DNA of 64,000 nt from the IMG/VR virus record IMGVR_UViG_2565956708_000007. One strand, 5' to 3'. A program made the position numbers and the translations under genes. Of this stretch, positions 1 to 10,010 are shown in pieces (positions within the stretch are counted from its first letter, which is position 1; each line of letters starts with the position of its first letter). This DNA is from a virus. Taxonomy: Duplodnaviria; Heunggongvirae; Uroviricota; Caudoviricetes. Below the pieces are notes generated by a model that was given only the letters and a program-made list of their open reading frames with translations, ran no database searches and was not told the DNA's origin.

Positions 1-23
1 TTGTTTTTCATAGTTGTTTGACA

Positions 24-40
24 ATTGCTCTAATAAATTA
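24..40 (+). promoter_or_regulatory. C1 repressor operator-like site upstream of coi/c1
   Basis: ATTGCTCTAATAAATTA, 16/17 to the P1 C1 operator consensus ATTGCTCTAATAAATTT; TTGACA at 18-23 immediately upstream. Confidence 0.75.
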
Positions 41-278
41 TAGTTTTGCCGCCGTTTCGTAATACGACTTTGGATTCACTATTTAATGTGTCTTCAGCGT
101 TGTAGAGCGGCTCAGAAGGAAATGAGCAAACAGGGAAACCTTATACAACGGCATTACAGCTATGCATTGCTCATCTTACACACAGCGCAATGTTGTTAGA
201 TTACCCCAGCATGGATCATGGGTGAAACAGTAGGTCAGAGCTTCAGGCTCTGTGTTGTCAATACAGTGAGGCATAATT

Positions 279-488
279 ATGGCTTTCATTCCACCAACCA
301 TCGACGACGTTAGACATTGCTCTAACGCTTTATCTGTAGACCCCGCCGAAACCGACGCTGCCCGCGCCATTGCTGAACACTACTCAAAGATATCCAATCA
401 GGAGTACCGCATCACCCAAGACGACCTGGATGATCTCACTGACACAATCGAATATCTCATGGCCACTAACCAGCCAGACTCACAATAA
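279..488 (+). CDS. coi: Coi, C1 inactivator (69 aa)
   Basis: 69-aa ORF directly upstream of c1, same strand, size and position match P1 coi; recognised from memory, not searched. Confidence 0.75.
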   Translation: MAFIPPTIDDVRHCSNALSVDPAETDAARAIAEHYSKISNQEYRITQDDLDDLTDTIEYLMATNQPDSQ

Positions 489-504
489 ATGCACTAATAA
501 ATCT
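488..504 (+). promoter_or_regulatory. C1 operator-like site between coi and c1
   Basis: AATGCACTAATAAATCT, 14/17 to operator consensus. Confidence 0.5.
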
Positions 505-598
505 ATTATTTTCGTTGAATCCTTCTATAATGGTGGCCAACAACTCCCAGTGTAATCCGCTGTGAGTTGTTGGCCATGTCAATTCTGGAGGAGGATCA

Positions 599-1450
599 AT
601 GATAAATTATGTCTACGGCGAACAACTGTACCAGGAGTTCGTCAGCTTCAGGGATCTCTTTCTAAAAAAAGCTGTTGCACGCGCCCAACACGTTGATGCC
701 GCCAGCGACGGTCGTCCTGTACGCCCGGTTGTCGTTCTGCCGTTCAAAGAAACTGACAGCATTCAGGCTGAAATTGATAAATGGACTTTAATGGCGCGGG
801 AACTGGAACAGTACCCAGACCTCAATATCCCAAAGACTATTTTATATCCAGTGCCTAACATCCTTCGCGGTGTGCGTAAGGTTACGACTTATCAGACAGA
901 AGCTGTGAACAGCGTCAACATGACCGCTGGCCGCATTATTCATCTGATTGATAAGGACATTCGCATCCAGAAAAGCGCGGGGATCAATGAGCACAGTGCG
1001 AAATACATAGAGAACCTGGAAGCAACAAAAGAGCTAATGAAGCAGTACCCGGAGGATGAAAAATTCCGTATGCGTGTACACGGCTTTAGCGAAACAATGC
1101 TGCGCGTCCACTACATTTCCAGTAGCCCTAACTACAATGATGGTAAATCAGTTAGTTACCATGTGCCGCTGTGTGGTGTGTTTATCTGCGATGAAACTCT
1201 CCGTGATGGAATCATCATCAACGGTGAATTCGAGAAAGCAAAATTTAGCCTTTATGACTCTATAGAACCGATCATCTGCGACCGCTGGCCGCAGGCAAAA
1301 ATATATCGCCTGGCAGATATTGAAAATGTAAAAAAACAAATTGCCATCACTCGCGAAGAGAAAAAGGTCAAATCAGCCGCATCAGTTACGCGCAGCCGTA
1401 ACACTAAGAAGGGGCAGCCAGTAAACGACAACCCCGAAAGCGCGCAATAG
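599..1450 (+). CDS. c1: C1 immunity repressor (283 aa)
   Basis: 283-aa ORF beginning MINYVYGEQLYQEF, recognised as P1 C1; flanked by operator sites and coi. Confidence 0.9.
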   Translation: MINYVYGEQLYQEFVSFRDLFLKKAVARAQHVDAASDGRPVRPVVVLPFKETDSIQAEIDKWTLMARELEQYPDLNIPKTILYPVPNILRGVRKVTTYQTEAVNSVNMTAGRIIHLIDKDIRIQKSAGINEHSAKYIENLEATKELMKQYPEDEKFRMRVHGFSETMLRVHYISSSPNYNDGKSVSYHVPLCGVFICDETLRDGIIINGEFEKAKFSLYDSIEPIICDRWPQAKIYRLADIENVKKQIAITREEKKVKSAASVTRSRNTKKGQPVNDNPESAQ

Positions 1451-1474
1451 TTTCTATCCGGCATGGTCAATGAG

Positions 1475-2959
1475 TTATTCATTAAGCCATGCCAGAGCTT
1501 CATCAACCTGCGCTTCGTCTTCGACGCTAAGCACTTCATCCTGGGGAACATAATCAGCCAGCATAGCGAAACAATATGTATCCCAATGGTCTGGTGAGTG
1601 CAGGTTGAGTTTTTTCTTCATATCCTCCTTACTCATCACCTTCCATTGACCTGCGGAGTTAATCCCTACAGGGATTTTCGACGCTTCCTCAATAGTTTCA
1701 TTACCCTTATCCAGTCTCATACGACCAGATTTTACGGCCTCTGCGGCTTGAACGTTGGCATAAGCACGCTTATCAAAGTACAGGCTCTTATCTTCACGGC
1801 TATGCATCTTTTTACCCCAGCGTATACGCTGTACGGTAATACCATAATACTCGTACATCAGATCCGCCGTTGCTTTACCCAGGCCATCGCCGTCTATCGC
1901 TATGGTGATATTTGGGAATCGCTCAGGATTACATTCTGCGAAAATTTTGGCGGCAAGCTGCGTTTCTGTAACGTCTGTGTATTCCAGCATTCGATAGTTG
2001 ATTACACGGCGTTTATTTCTCTGGCCGGACACCATCATGATATTGATAACGGACTTATCCCGTCCCGTACCACCAGCAACGTCCACACATGCAAGCCAGC
2101 CCCATCCTTTGGCAATCTTGACTTTCCGCCGCGTCGCACGTTCAACCTCATCACGTCCAAGAAGGAAGCCATCCTGTGATTTAGGGAATAGTCCGCGTAC
2201 TTTAATCATGTACATAGGGTTATCACGCCCGCCGTACTCCGCCAGCTTCATTTTGATAAATGCTGGCGTTACCAGCGGTGATTCCTCACTGTTAAGCGTG
2301 ATCGCCGTATAAACGCCATCAGGGTTACCAGGACGCTTGGCCAGTTTATGGTGAGTATCGTAGAAATAGCCGCTTGGGCGTGTAGGCTGTGACAGTAATA
2401 AGATGCGGTTATCCTGTCCGGTAAGAGCACCAGTGATGATACCGAAAGCTCTATCACTGACACCGGAGGCTTCATCGATAATATACAGAAGATGATCTGC
2501 GTGTTCACCGGCGAGAGCTTCTTCACTTCCCAGACGAAAGCCCTTCGGTACTACAGTCCATACACCTTTACCAGTAACCTCATAGAAAGCGGTTTCTGTC
2601 AGAACAAAATAATCAGCAAGCCATGGAAAACGGCTGGTGGCAGTAGCCCAGTTTATCTTGATGTACTTGAATATACCGGTCATTACCTGCTGAATTTTGT
2701 TCGCAACGATAATGGCGCGGGCACCGGGATACATGATTATGAACAACATGATCATGATAGAAGTCATGTCTGATTTCCCGGTACCGTGACCAGACGAAAC
2801 AGATGTCTTGCTACCCTGTTCCTGCACAGACTCAATAATCAGATCCTGCTGCCAGGTAGGTGTTTTGCCGAACAAAACATCAGCGGCCGCAATCCAGTCA
2901 TAACGATATAGCGCCACCAGCTCGCGCCAACGTGGATCCGTTACGCAACTTCTGGCCAT
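1475..2959 (-). CDS. pacB: Terminase large subunit PacB (494 aa)
   Basis: 494-aa ORF immediately downstream of pacA, convergent with c1; size and context as P1 pacB. Confidence 0.85.
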   Translation of the reverse strand: MARSCVTDPRWRELVALYRYDWIAAADVLFGKTPTWQQDLIIESVQEQGSKTSVSSGHGTGKSDMTSIMIMLFIIMYPGARAIIVANKIQQVMTGIFKYIKINWATATSRFPWLADYFVLTETAFYEVTGKGVWTVVPKGFRLGSEEALAGEHADHLLYIIDEASGVSDRAFGIITGALTGQDNRILLLSQPTRPSGYFYDTHHKLAKRPGNPDGVYTAITLNSEESPLVTPAFIKMKLAEYGGRDNPMYMIKVRGLFPKSQDGFLLGRDEVERATRRKVKIAKGWGWLACVDVAGGTGRDKSVINIMMVSGQRNKRRVINYRMLEYTDVTETQLAAKIFAECNPERFPNITIAIDGDGLGKATADLMYEYYGITVQRIRWGKKMHSREDKSLYFDKRAYANVQAAEAVKSGRMRLDKGNETIEEASKIPVGINSAGQWKVMSKEDMKKKLNLHSPDHWDTYCFAMLADYVPQDEVLSVEDEAQVDEALAWLNE

Positions 2960-4152
2960 TAATCATCATCCCCGTATAGCTTGCGGGTAACTTCTTCGTC
3001 TTCCTCCTCGTCTTCGTCCAGGTCTTGTTCCAGCCATGGGTCGTTTGATACACCTTCAGTATCAACATCTCCATAACCGCCTGTATCAACAATATCGGCG
3101 ATTTCTTCCCTACGCTGCTCAATCCACAATGCGGCATCGGCGCGGCGGTTGGCGGCCCGTTCTCGCGCAACTTTGTCCAGATCTTCAAGAGAAGGGCCAC
3201 CGACGGCTGTTTGCCTTTCCTCATCATCGGTATTGGTCTTAGGAGCACGCAGATCGGCTTTGATTTGCTCCAGCATCAGGGGCGGTACTTTCCCTCCATG
3301 CGCCTCGATGAATTCAGCTGCCTCCAGCACTGACCAGTTGTTTTCACGCTTTCGTTCGTATGCCAGCTTAACAATGCCAGCTTGCCCCATAGACAAAGCG
3401 TGCTTTTCCGCCTCCCGGCTTTCTTTTCGATAGTTATTCCGGATGCTGTAAATGGTGTTGATCAGGCTGCTTATCTGCGCGGAACAGCTGTTTAGCATGC
3501 TCGCGATACGGTATTCAGGCGGAGTTCCTTCATCATCGTCTTTTTGCTGATCGCGCATTTCCTGAACCAAGCGAATACACGTATCCCTGGCGTTCTCCAG
3601 CATAAGGAGATGAGAGAGAGACTTTTCCAGAAGAGTGGTTTCCAGAACATCAGCCCCGGACCGACGCAACATAGCGCGCGCGGCCTTCCGCGCTTCAACG
3701 TTATCTATCAGGTAATCGCCAGCTTCGAATTCAAAGCGTTCACCATCATCATCCAGGGTGTCGCGTTCCAGGCGATCACGTAAGGTCCGGTGGGCGCGGG
3801 TGATCACGTCATGATCATCAGAACGATCATTTATGCGCTTATTCTGGCGCTTCGCGTTCTCGACTGCGGCACTGACAACAGCATTAACTCTTTGTTTTTC
3901 AGCCATTTCAGCCACAATGTGATCACCTGCACGTTGATCATTAGCGTGATCAATGATCATGCTTTTTAGTGGTTTTCTGACAGGCTTATTTGGCTTACGG
4001 CTGTCCGCTGTTCCGGTGTCTTCTTTGAATGCACGGAGATAACGACGTGCGGTGTTTGGGTTGAGATTAAACTCGGCGGCATATTGTGCGATGGTGTAAC
4101 CACCATCTCGCGCCAGGCGAGCAAAATTCTTCTTGTGATCGTCCCAGGTCAC
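2959..4152 (-). CDS. pacA: Terminase small subunit / pac-cleavage protein PacA (397 aa), GTG start
   Basis: 397-aa ORF containing the pac site; acidic C-terminal tail; GTG start preceded by AAGGAAG. Confidence 0.85.
   Translation of the reverse strand: MTWDDHKKNFARLARDGGYTIAQYAAEFNLNPNTARRYLRAFKEDTGTADSRKPNKPVRKPLKSMIIDHANDQRAGDHIVAEMAEKQRVNAVVSAAVENAKRQNKRINDRSDDHDVITRAHRTLRDRLERDTLDDDGERFEFEAGDYLIDNVEARKAARAMLRRSGADVLETTLLEKSLSHLLMLENARDTCIRLVQEMRDQQKDDDEGTPPEYRIASMLNSCSAQISSLINTIYSIRNNYRKESREAEKHALSMGQAGIVKLAYERKRENNWSVLEAAEFIEAHGGKVPPLMLEQIKADLRAPKTNTDDEERQTAVGGPSLEDLDKVARERAANRRADAALWIEQRREEIADIVDTGGYGDVDTEGVSNDPWLEQDLDEDEEEDEEVTRKLYGDDD
3800..3960 (-). other. pac packaging site: 3 + 4 GATC-containing TGATCA/G hexamers flanking a ~90 bp cleavage region
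   Basis: GATC at 3801, 3812, 3824 and at 3921, 3936, 3948, 3955 inside pacA; matches the described P1 pac architecture. Confidence 0.85.
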
Positions 4153-4196
4153 TTATGCTTCCTTTCGTATAAAACTCTTTTTGACGCGAGGGTAAC

Positions 4197-4215
4197 GAAA
4201 GTCACATGTCAAAAG
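4197..4215 (-). promoter_or_regulatory. Putative late (Lpa-dependent) promoter for pacAB
   Basis: minus-strand catgTGACTttcgtTACCCT, TGACT-N5-TANNNT motif shared with three other structural operons in this window. Confidence 0.4.
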
Positions 4216-4238
4216 GCCCGGAACGGGCAAGCAATCAA

Positions 4239-4691
4239 TCAGATACGTGCGGATGTGGCATTACCGTAATGACGGTGCTGACGGACCACCTTATTGAAAA
4301 GTTGACGCGCCATCACCCAAGGCTGGTGCTCCCGGCGTTCCTTTTCGTCCTGCGTCATATAGAGTTCGTTCTGGAGTTTTTCATCAAACCGGCGCGGAGC
4401 GCGGCTGCGGCGAAAGAATTCAGGATTCAGAGAGTGGATCTGAAATCTACGTGGGCGTGTACTGTCATCAATCAAAACAGACGAATACTTAGACACAGCG
4501 ATAGCCTTTAAGCGCAGATAAACATCGCGCTTATCGACATCCAGATGCGGGTATTCCTTTTCAAGAATTGCTGCGAGTTCTTTCGCTGATAGAAGAGATT
4601 TAGTGCGGATCATGTAATCCGCAATCTCGTACGATGTTATTCGTGAGTGATTTATTTCCATGAAGTGGCGTCCCTGCCAGTTAAGTAACAT
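4239..4691 (-). CDS. lpa: Late promoter activator Lpa (150 aa)
   Basis: 150-aa ORF upstream of pacA with a C1 operator-like site 70 bp upstream, as for P1 lpa. Confidence 0.75.
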   Translation of the reverse strand: MLLNWQGRHFMEINHSRITSYEIADYMIRTKSLLSAKELAAILEKEYPHLDVDKRDVYLRLKAIAVSKYSSVLIDDSTRPRRFQIHSLNPEFFRRSRAPRRFDEKLQNELYMTQDEKERREHQPWVMARQLFNKVVRQHRHYGNATSARI

Positions 4692-4761
4692 CCTGTCACC
4701 TACTGATTAGCCCATGTCAACTAATCAACGTCGAATATAATACCCTCGATTAAAGAAATAG

Positions 4762-4778
4762 CAATACATTAGAGCAAT
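4762..4778 (-). promoter_or_regulatory. C1 operator-like site upstream of lpa
   Basis: plus strand CAATACATTAGAGCAAT, 14/17 to reverse-complement consensus. Confidence 0.6.
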
Positions 4779-4779
4779 T

Positions 4780-5823
4780 TTATCTAACGCTCGACGAGTG
4801 ACTTGTGATAGCGCCGACTCCAAGCGCGTAATCAAAGAACAATCGTTGATGCATCGCCAGCCTACCGTGCGTCTTCTCCCAATTATCGCGGTCACGCTCA
4901 ATATCACGCTGGCATGACTGGCACAGAGGAATAGCATAAATGTCATGCGCGCATAATCGACTATGACGAACGATATAAGGCGTAATGTGAGCGCCAGCTC
5001 CCGCAGCTCCACAGCCACAGCATGGACGGGAAGCCACAAAGTCCATGTACTCGGGCAATTTTAGCGATTGAAGTTTTGGTATTTTGAAATGCGCCATATC
5101 TGGGTCGGAGTCAACATCCACAGGGCATACTTTTGCACGCATTGGCGCGGCGCGTTCTTCCATCATCTGAACATATGCTGTAGCGCGATCGTCATACGGG
5201 CGAATATCCGCCTCTTTCAGAGGTCCGCTATCCTGCGGAGTAGCCTTCATCTTATTTATTGATATGCGGCAGACTTCTTCCGGCATCAGGTGCATCATGT
5301 TGCGCATGAAAGCCCACCAGCACAGTTCCTGAATACTTAAATCATGGCCATCTGAAAGCCCCATTTCCTGACGGGCGACATCCAGTATCCAGTTAACGCG
5401 ATTATTATGCAGCGTTTCTTTCAGCTCATTAAAACCACGCATCCGGTAATGGTTATCGTGATGCCAGCACAACAACACCGCGCTCTTGTCTCGTTCAGCG
5501 TGGACAATATGGTTGTCACACCAACTACGATCTGCGGCCTGGCATTGACCCTCTTTCCTACGCAACCACGCCACCAGCGAGTCAATTCCACCAATACGGC
5601 GAAACAGTTCATCGCTGTTAAAAAACGGCTGCAACGCCTCATTTGTTGCCATGGTTTGCTCGGTAACAACGAGGCCGTCTTCCATGTGCTCGATTAACTC
5701 ACGCGGCACCGGCTCCATAATAAATTTACGGCCAGCCTCCACCAGCTTTCTGACCTCCTGATCCACTTTGAACGTGGCGAGGCCAAGCTCTTTCTGTACA
5801 AAGGGAGTAATTATGGCTTTCAC
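4780..5823 (-). CDS. Cys-rich hypothetical protein downstream of doc (347 aa), possibly P1 pdcB
   Basis: long ORF between doc and lpa; [12 protein letters not shown] and CxxC motifs; function unknown. Confidence 0.55.
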   Translation of the reverse strand: MKAIITPFVQKELGLATFKVDQEVRKLVEAGRKFIMEPVPRELIEHMEDGLVVTEQTMATNEALQPFFNSDELFRRIGGIDSLVAWLRRKEGQCQAADRSWCDNHIVHAERDKSAVLLCWHHDNHYRMRGFNELKETLHNNRVNWILDVARQEMGLSDGHDLSIQELCWWAFMRNMMHLMPEEVCRISINKMKATPQDSGPLKEADIRPYDDRATAYVQMMEERAAPMRAKVCPVDVDSDPDMAHFKIPKLQSLKLPEYMDFVASRPCCGCGAAGAGAHITPYIVRHSRLCAHDIYAIPLCQSCQRDIERDRDNWEKTHGRLAMHQRLFFDYALGVGAITSHSSSVR

Positions 5824-5850
5824 ATCACACCTTTAATCACTGATTGGGCT

Positions 5851-6030
5851 TTATCTGCTGCCCGGCATTCTCTGTTTAAGCACAACCATTTCCTGACGGC
5901 ATAACACAGCAATAGCGGTCCTGACTCCAATTTGCTTACCAACCAGGTATTGCTTTACCTTGCGGCGGCTCACGCCATCAAGAAGCATCTTTAACGCTTC
6001 ACGAGACAACTTGTTGTATTTACGTGCCAT
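5851..6030 (-). CDS. Small basic hypothetical protein downstream of doc, possibly P1 pdcA
   Basis: short ORF; start taken at an internal Met to avoid a 17-nt overlap with doc. Confidence 0.35.
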   Translation of the reverse strand: MARKYNKLSREALKMLLDGVSRRKVKQYLVGKQIGVRTAIAVLCRQEMVVLKQRMPGSR

Positions 6031-6034
6031 TAAT

Positions 6035-6415
6035 CTACTCCGCAGAACCATACAATCTACGTAACGTGTCGGCGACAGAAGATACAGATATCTCGCCAGT
6101 CGCAGCGCCTACAGTAAGGTCTGCCAGTTCAGGTGAATCAAATACCTGCACCCCGTTACGGCGTAGAAATAGCAGCGCACTGTTTAGCGCGGTACGCTTA
6201 TTGGCATCATTGAATATATGCCCTCTCGCTGTAGCCACCAGGTAGGTGGCGGAGACTTCGAAAAGGTCGGTGATCTCTTCGTAGGCAACTCTGGCCTGAA
6301 CTCTCCCGATAATGGCCTCTGCCCTACCCGGATCAGACATTCCCGGCAGGCCGCCGTAGCGGCTTATATTCGCATCATGAAGCGCAACAAGTTCTTCCGG
6401 TGATATATGTCTCAT
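6035..6415 (-). CDS. doc: Doc toxin (Fic-family kinase), 126 aa
   Basis: [22 protein letters not shown], recognised as P1 Doc; start overlaps phd stop. Confidence 0.9.
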
Positions 6416-6636
6416 TATCGGTTAACCATTTCCTTGTTGGTGGAGTCCAGGGTGTCAAACAGGGATGCAAATTCAGCATCCAGCGCCGCTTTTTTGTAGG
6501 CTTCGAAAGTAGCCTTGCTGACAATTACTGCTGGCTCACGGCCTCTGCGGGTGATTTCAACCTCTTCCCCGGCTTCAACATTGTTGAGCACTTCAGAAAG
6601 GTTGCCACGCGCGGTACGGAAGTTAATGGATTGCAT
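6415..6636 (-). CDS. phd: Phd antitoxin, 73 aa
   Basis: [39 protein letters not shown], recognised as P1 Phd; ORF track begins two codons earlier. Confidence 0.85.
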   Translation of the reverse strand: MQSINFRTARGNLSEVLNNVEAGEEVEITRRGREPAVIVSKATFEAYKKAALDAEFASLFDTLDSTNKEMVNR

Positions 6637-6708
6637 AAACACCTCGTGTACTCGTTATGTGTACACAATTATAAACTTCACAGGCATAAAGCACCAGCAC
6701 TTTGCAGC

Positions 6709-7098
6709 TTAAATAACCGGACAATCATCAAATTCCCCACTTCGGGCATCATTGATGACATGAGTGATCACACCAAAAACAGCATTACTGCCCGTGTATC
6801 CATCGTCATCTACTGGTAACGCCTCTTTCTTCCCGGTGCTTAAGTCCTCCAGGTGCTGGCGCGGATACTTCCTGTATCTCTTTATGCGATATTCACCCTC
6901 CATAGCGCACACAAGCAGAGAACCATCAACCGGAGTAAGCGAGGAATCAACCACCAGCAAAGCACCCTGCAATATTCCCTCACGGTGATGGCTATCAGCT
7001 GCCCGCATGAAGTAGGTTGCTGATGGATGTCTAATTATCTGCTGATCAAGAGAAATTCGGCTTTCAACATAATCCGCCGCAGGAGAAGGGAAGCCCAT
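6709..7098 (-). CDS. humD: HumD, UmuD-like S24 peptidase family protein (129 aa)
   Basis: 129-aa ORF with a LexA box upstream; recognised as P1 humD. Confidence 0.8.
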   Translation of the reverse strand: MGFPSPAADYVESRISLDQQIIRHPSATYFMRAADSHHREGILQGALLVVDSSLTPVDGSLLVCAMEGEYRIKRYRKYPRQHLEDLSTGKKEALPVDDDGYTGSNAVFGVITHVINDARSGEFDDCPVI

Positions 7099-7116
7099 AG
7101 CGTTTTACCTCAATGA

Positions 7117-7136
7117 TACTGTTTATTCATACAGTA
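7117..7136 (-). promoter_or_regulatory. LexA (SOS) box upstream of humD
   Basis: TACTGTTTATTCATACAGTA fits CTGT-N8-ACAG. Confidence 0.75.
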
Positions 7137-7221
7137 TACATTGAAAAGGCATAGTTTGTGAAAGCGGGGTTTGTAGGCGCGCCACGCTGGGGGCTAATCA
7201 CATTTCTCCCCCATCTTGCCG

Positions 7222-7473
7222 TTATTTTTTTGGTGCATCCTCGTTCTGATACACCGGATCGCTCCCTTTTGGCAACTGGAGGCTTAACTGCCGGTAGTGC
7301 CGTAGCCGTTCCATGAAATAGGCGCGCAGGTTTTCCGGTTGCTCACGGGCCACCTGCTCTGCAATCACAGGTATATTCAGCCGTTCTTTGTAAGCAACGC
7401 CGCTGGCGGCAAGGTCTACGTTCACCTTGTCTCGCTCTTCCTGGCTTTTAGCTGCTATATTTCGATCTGACAC
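7222..7473 (-). CDS. hot: Hot, homolog of DNA polymerase III theta subunit (83 aa)
   Basis: [42 protein letters not shown] resembles HolE theta. Confidence 0.8.
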   Translation of the reverse strand: MSDRNIAAKSQEERDKVNVDLAASGVAYKERLNIPVIAEQVAREQPENLRAYFMERLRHYRQLSLQLPKGSDPVYQNEDAPKK

Positions 7474-7505
7474 AAGAAACCTCCAGGAGTTAGTGGATCA
7501 GGCAC

Positions 7506-7856
7506 ATGCACAATAACGTTCTCAATGTTAGCCGTTCAATTCAGACAATCAGAGACTGCACCAGTGTGGTGGCATCAATCCCATTGCGAAACAGCATAGA
7601 CGAACTGCAAATTCGTGTATTGAATCCGAATCAGGCTAATAAGCAATTGCGCTTTATTTTGACGCTGAAAAGTGAAACAGAGGGGATAAAGCACAGCGTA
7701 AAAGTGTTTTCTGAGGCCATTCTGCTTAATGGGAAGCTCCGGCATCTGGTAAGGCCAGAACGTCAATATCCTGACGTCCTGGCGCGTGAAAAAGACCTTC
7801 TTTCTGAAGTTCAGGATAGGGTGATCGATTTCGTCAAATGCTATCCCCTGCATTGA
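7506..7856 (+). CDS. Hypothetical protein (116 aa), coding status uncertain
   Basis: only plus-strand ORF in a minus-strand block; weak RBS. Confidence 0.25.
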   Translation: MHNNVLNVSRSIQTIRDCTSVVASIPLRNSIDELQIRVLNPNQANKQLRFILTLKSETEGIKHSVKVFSEAILLNGKLRHLVRPERQYPDVLAREKDLLSEVQDRVIDFVKCYPLH

Positions 7857-8125
7857 GGGCAGGTGTTCCCTTCCGCAAAGTAGGGAAAATTGCTATCAAG
7901 TTCATCACACCATCTGCGATGGTCGTAGCACCAAAACGCCTCCCACGGTGCACGGAAATACTTCATCCACCAGGACACTCGATCAGGTATATCTGCTGGT
8001 GGCAGTTCTTCTGGCAATAATTTGCCTGATAATTCCCTTTCCGCCCGCGACAGCATTTTTTTGAGGCTCGCGTTCTCTTTTTCAAGCTCATCTACGCGCA
8101 CCTGTAATTCAGCTTTCGTTGGCAT
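7841..8125 (-). CDS. Hypothetical protein with C-terminal CxxC zinc-ribbon-like motif
   Basis: ORF, start at internal Met MPTKAEL; coiled-coil N-terminus; ends ...NTCPQCRG. Confidence 0.4.
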   Translation of the reverse strand: MPTKAELQVRVDELEKENASLKKMLSRAERELSGKLLPEELPPADIPDRVSWWMKYFRAPWEAFWCYDHRRWCDELDSNFPYFAEGNTCPQCRG

Positions 8126-8789
8126 GGTCCACCTCATGCTTTTCAGCCACCAGCGGCAATAAAGCCCTGGCCATCTTATGAACCAATAGTGCATCAATAA
8201 TGCCAAGCGTATGCCCCGGCTTAATGTTTAATGCCGCCTCAAGGCGACACCTTTCCAGGCCACTTTTCTCGGCTTGTTTATGATGATCTGGTGTAATAAC
8301 GTCGCCCAAAACACGGCTAATTCTTTCTCGTAATTGCTGGGTGCCAGCACACTTGATCGCTGTATCGTGGAGACGGTTAACCAGTTCGCGATAAACATGC
8401 GGCTTAATTCGGATACGTTCACCGGTGACGCCCTTTCCTGGTGCTGGCACCGAACTATCCGGAATATCCGGATAGTTGCCAGCCTCGTAAGCTACCCGCA
8501 GCCAGTGCATGAATGTTTCAGTGGACACACAACCACAGTCCACATCGATTTTTCCGCGTTGCTGTTCCAGCCACTGCTCAAAATTCAATCTACACGTATT
8601 ACTTTCATGTTGCTCTTTTTGTCTCAAGGCCAGCACCTGTTGGGCCAGTTCCAGAACGATACCGGGTGACGCTAACCTCTCAAATTCCAATAAATAGTTT
8701 GCGTCAGGATGACAAGTAGCCTCGCCTGCAAAAAATACCAATTGCTGTAAGTATGCTGTCGTTAGAGTAGTCATTTCTTTTTGCGCCAT
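8109..8789 (-). CDS. Hypothetical protein (226 aa)
   Basis: ORF in operon context; no motif recognised. Confidence 0.5.
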   Translation of the reverse strand: MAQKEMTTLTTAYLQQLVFFAGEATCHPDANYLLEFERLASPGIVLELAQQVLALRQKEQHESNTCRLNFEQWLEQQRGKIDVDCGCVSTETFMHWLRVAYEAGNYPDIPDSSVPAPGKGVTGERIRIKPHVYRELVNRLHDTAIKCAGTQQLRERISRVLGDVITPDHHKQAEKSGLERCRLEAALNIKPGHTLGIIDALLVHKMARALLPLVAEKHEVDHANES

Positions 8790-9145
8790 TTCTTTTCACA
8801 TTCCTTAGTCCATTTTTCAATGTTCATTTTGGCAATATCAGTCATTCCATCACCTAAGAAATACTTTTTCCGGTACGTCTTGCACTTAAACCACACTACA
8901 ACAGCCACCAGCCAGAAAATAAAAGGCCATACGGCAATACCAACTCCAGCCGCGATAAAGCCCAATATCCATAAATGAAGCTCTCCAACTTCTGTTTCCG
9001 GCAATATTCTTAAAGAATTAAACAGCAGGCTGAACGAATGGTCGTATGCATTGGCAGTATAAGACATGCAATCCATATAATTAAAGTCATAGCCTGCGGC
9101 TGCCGCCCATAATGGGCGGTCAAGAAAATGTTTTAGTGTCATCAT
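8771..9145 (-). CDS. Small membrane protein (124 aa)
   Basis: hydrophobic stretch LWILGFIAAGVGIAVWPFIFWLVAVVVWF; basic C-terminus. Confidence 0.5.
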   Translation of the reverse strand: MMTLKHFLDRPLWAAAAGYDFNYMDCMSYTANAYDHSFSLLFNSLRILPETEVGELHLWILGFIAAGVGIAVWPFIFWLVAVVVWFKCKTYRKKYFLGDGMTDIAKMNIEKWTKECEKKWRKKK

Positions 9146-9151
9146 ATTAAT

Positions 9152-9445
9152 TTAAGGTTCAGACCAGTTATCTTCAATAGCAATGCTTAATCTTTGTAGC
9201 CATTCTGCTAATTTCAGCATTGCTTCTCTTTCGCTTAAACCACACGGAAAATCATCAAGCGATATTGTTGGCTTGAAGTTTCCCAAATTATCCATTTCAA
9301 CGGTCAGATTTTGCTCCAGAACGGTATTTCTTACGCGGCTATTGTGCCGAAGCAAATATACTGAACGTGATTTATTGGTTTTGTGGTCGAACGTATATTC
9401 GGTAAGTATCATCTGACTTCCGCCATGATTATTACCGCGCCACAT
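9152..9445 (-). CDS. Hypothetical protein (97 aa)
   Basis: ORF only. Confidence 0.4.
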   Translation of the reverse strand: MWRGNNHGGSQMILTEYTFDHKTNKSRSVYLLRHNSRVRNTVLEQNLTVEMDNLGNFKPTISLDDFPCGLSEREAMLKLAEWLQRLSIAIEDNWSEP

Positions 9446-9468
9446 AATTACTCCGTGTTAATTGAAAT

Positions 9469-9771
9469 TTAGCTATTAATCTTCACTTTTATCGCGAACA
9501 CCTTTACCGGTTTATCACCGAAGTGTGGATGTGTGATTGTTTTTATTTCATATCCGTTATACGGGACGTCAATTCTGCGACTGAAGTCTTCGCGCTTCGG
9601 ATATCCCTTTGTGATAATCAGGCGGTAATACTTACGGTTAACGAGGCGCTTATTCCAGTAGTCATTACACAGGCGATACTCTTCCGTTTTCTCCCCGCGA
9701 ATCATGGCATCGAAGTATTCACCTTTAACGGCAAGTTGCAGGTTAGCCATTACCTCACCTCCAGTCTCCAT
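9469..9771 (-). CDS. ASCH-like domain protein (100 aa)
   Basis: GEKTEEYR matches the ASCH GxKxxExR signature. Confidence 0.5.
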   Translation of the reverse strand: METGGEVMANLQLAVKGEYFDAMIRGEKTEEYRLCNDYWNKRLVNRKYYRLIITKGYPKREDFSRRIDVPYNGYEIKTITHPHFGDKPVKVFAIKVKINS

Positions 9772-10010
9772 ACCGCCTGACCAATCCGGCTGGCATGGGT
9801 ATCTTTGGATACTGTTCCGTCTTTAGCCAGCTCCATAAGAATTTTGCGCAAATCTGCCGAACGCCATTCTTCATCAGGAAATTCCTTCTCCATTGCCAAC
9901 CGCAGATTCCAGGTTGCCATCCTGAATGGATATTCCCCGCCGAGAGCTTTATCTTGCAGGGCAGCCCGGGAACGCATCACCTGCAAAACCTTCTCTTTTA
10001 CATCCATCAT
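9750..10010 (-). CDS. Hypothetical protein
   Basis: ORF; start trimmed to internal MMDVKEK so that it abuts the upstream gene stop. Confidence 0.4.
   Translation of the reverse strand: MMDVKEKVLQVMRSRAALQDKALGGEYPFRMATWNLRLAMEKEFPDEEWRSADLRKILMELAKDGTVSKDTHASRIGQAVWRLEVR

Noticed and set aside
121-198. Small 25-codon ORF upstream of coi (possible imc-type gene)
   Set aside because: Too short to support from sequence alone and I do not reliably remember the P1 imcA/imcB sequences
176-370. Minus-strand 64-aa ORF overlapping coi
   Set aside because: Antisense to coi within the immC operon; no support
1598-2312. Plus-strand ORFs (193 and 104 aa) inside pacB
   Set aside because: Antisense to a well-supported terminase gene; no RBS or motif; typical shadow ORFs
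4725-5039. Minus-strand 104-aa ORF overlapping the 347-aa gene and the lpa operator
   Set aside because: Alternative frame of a longer, better-supported ORF
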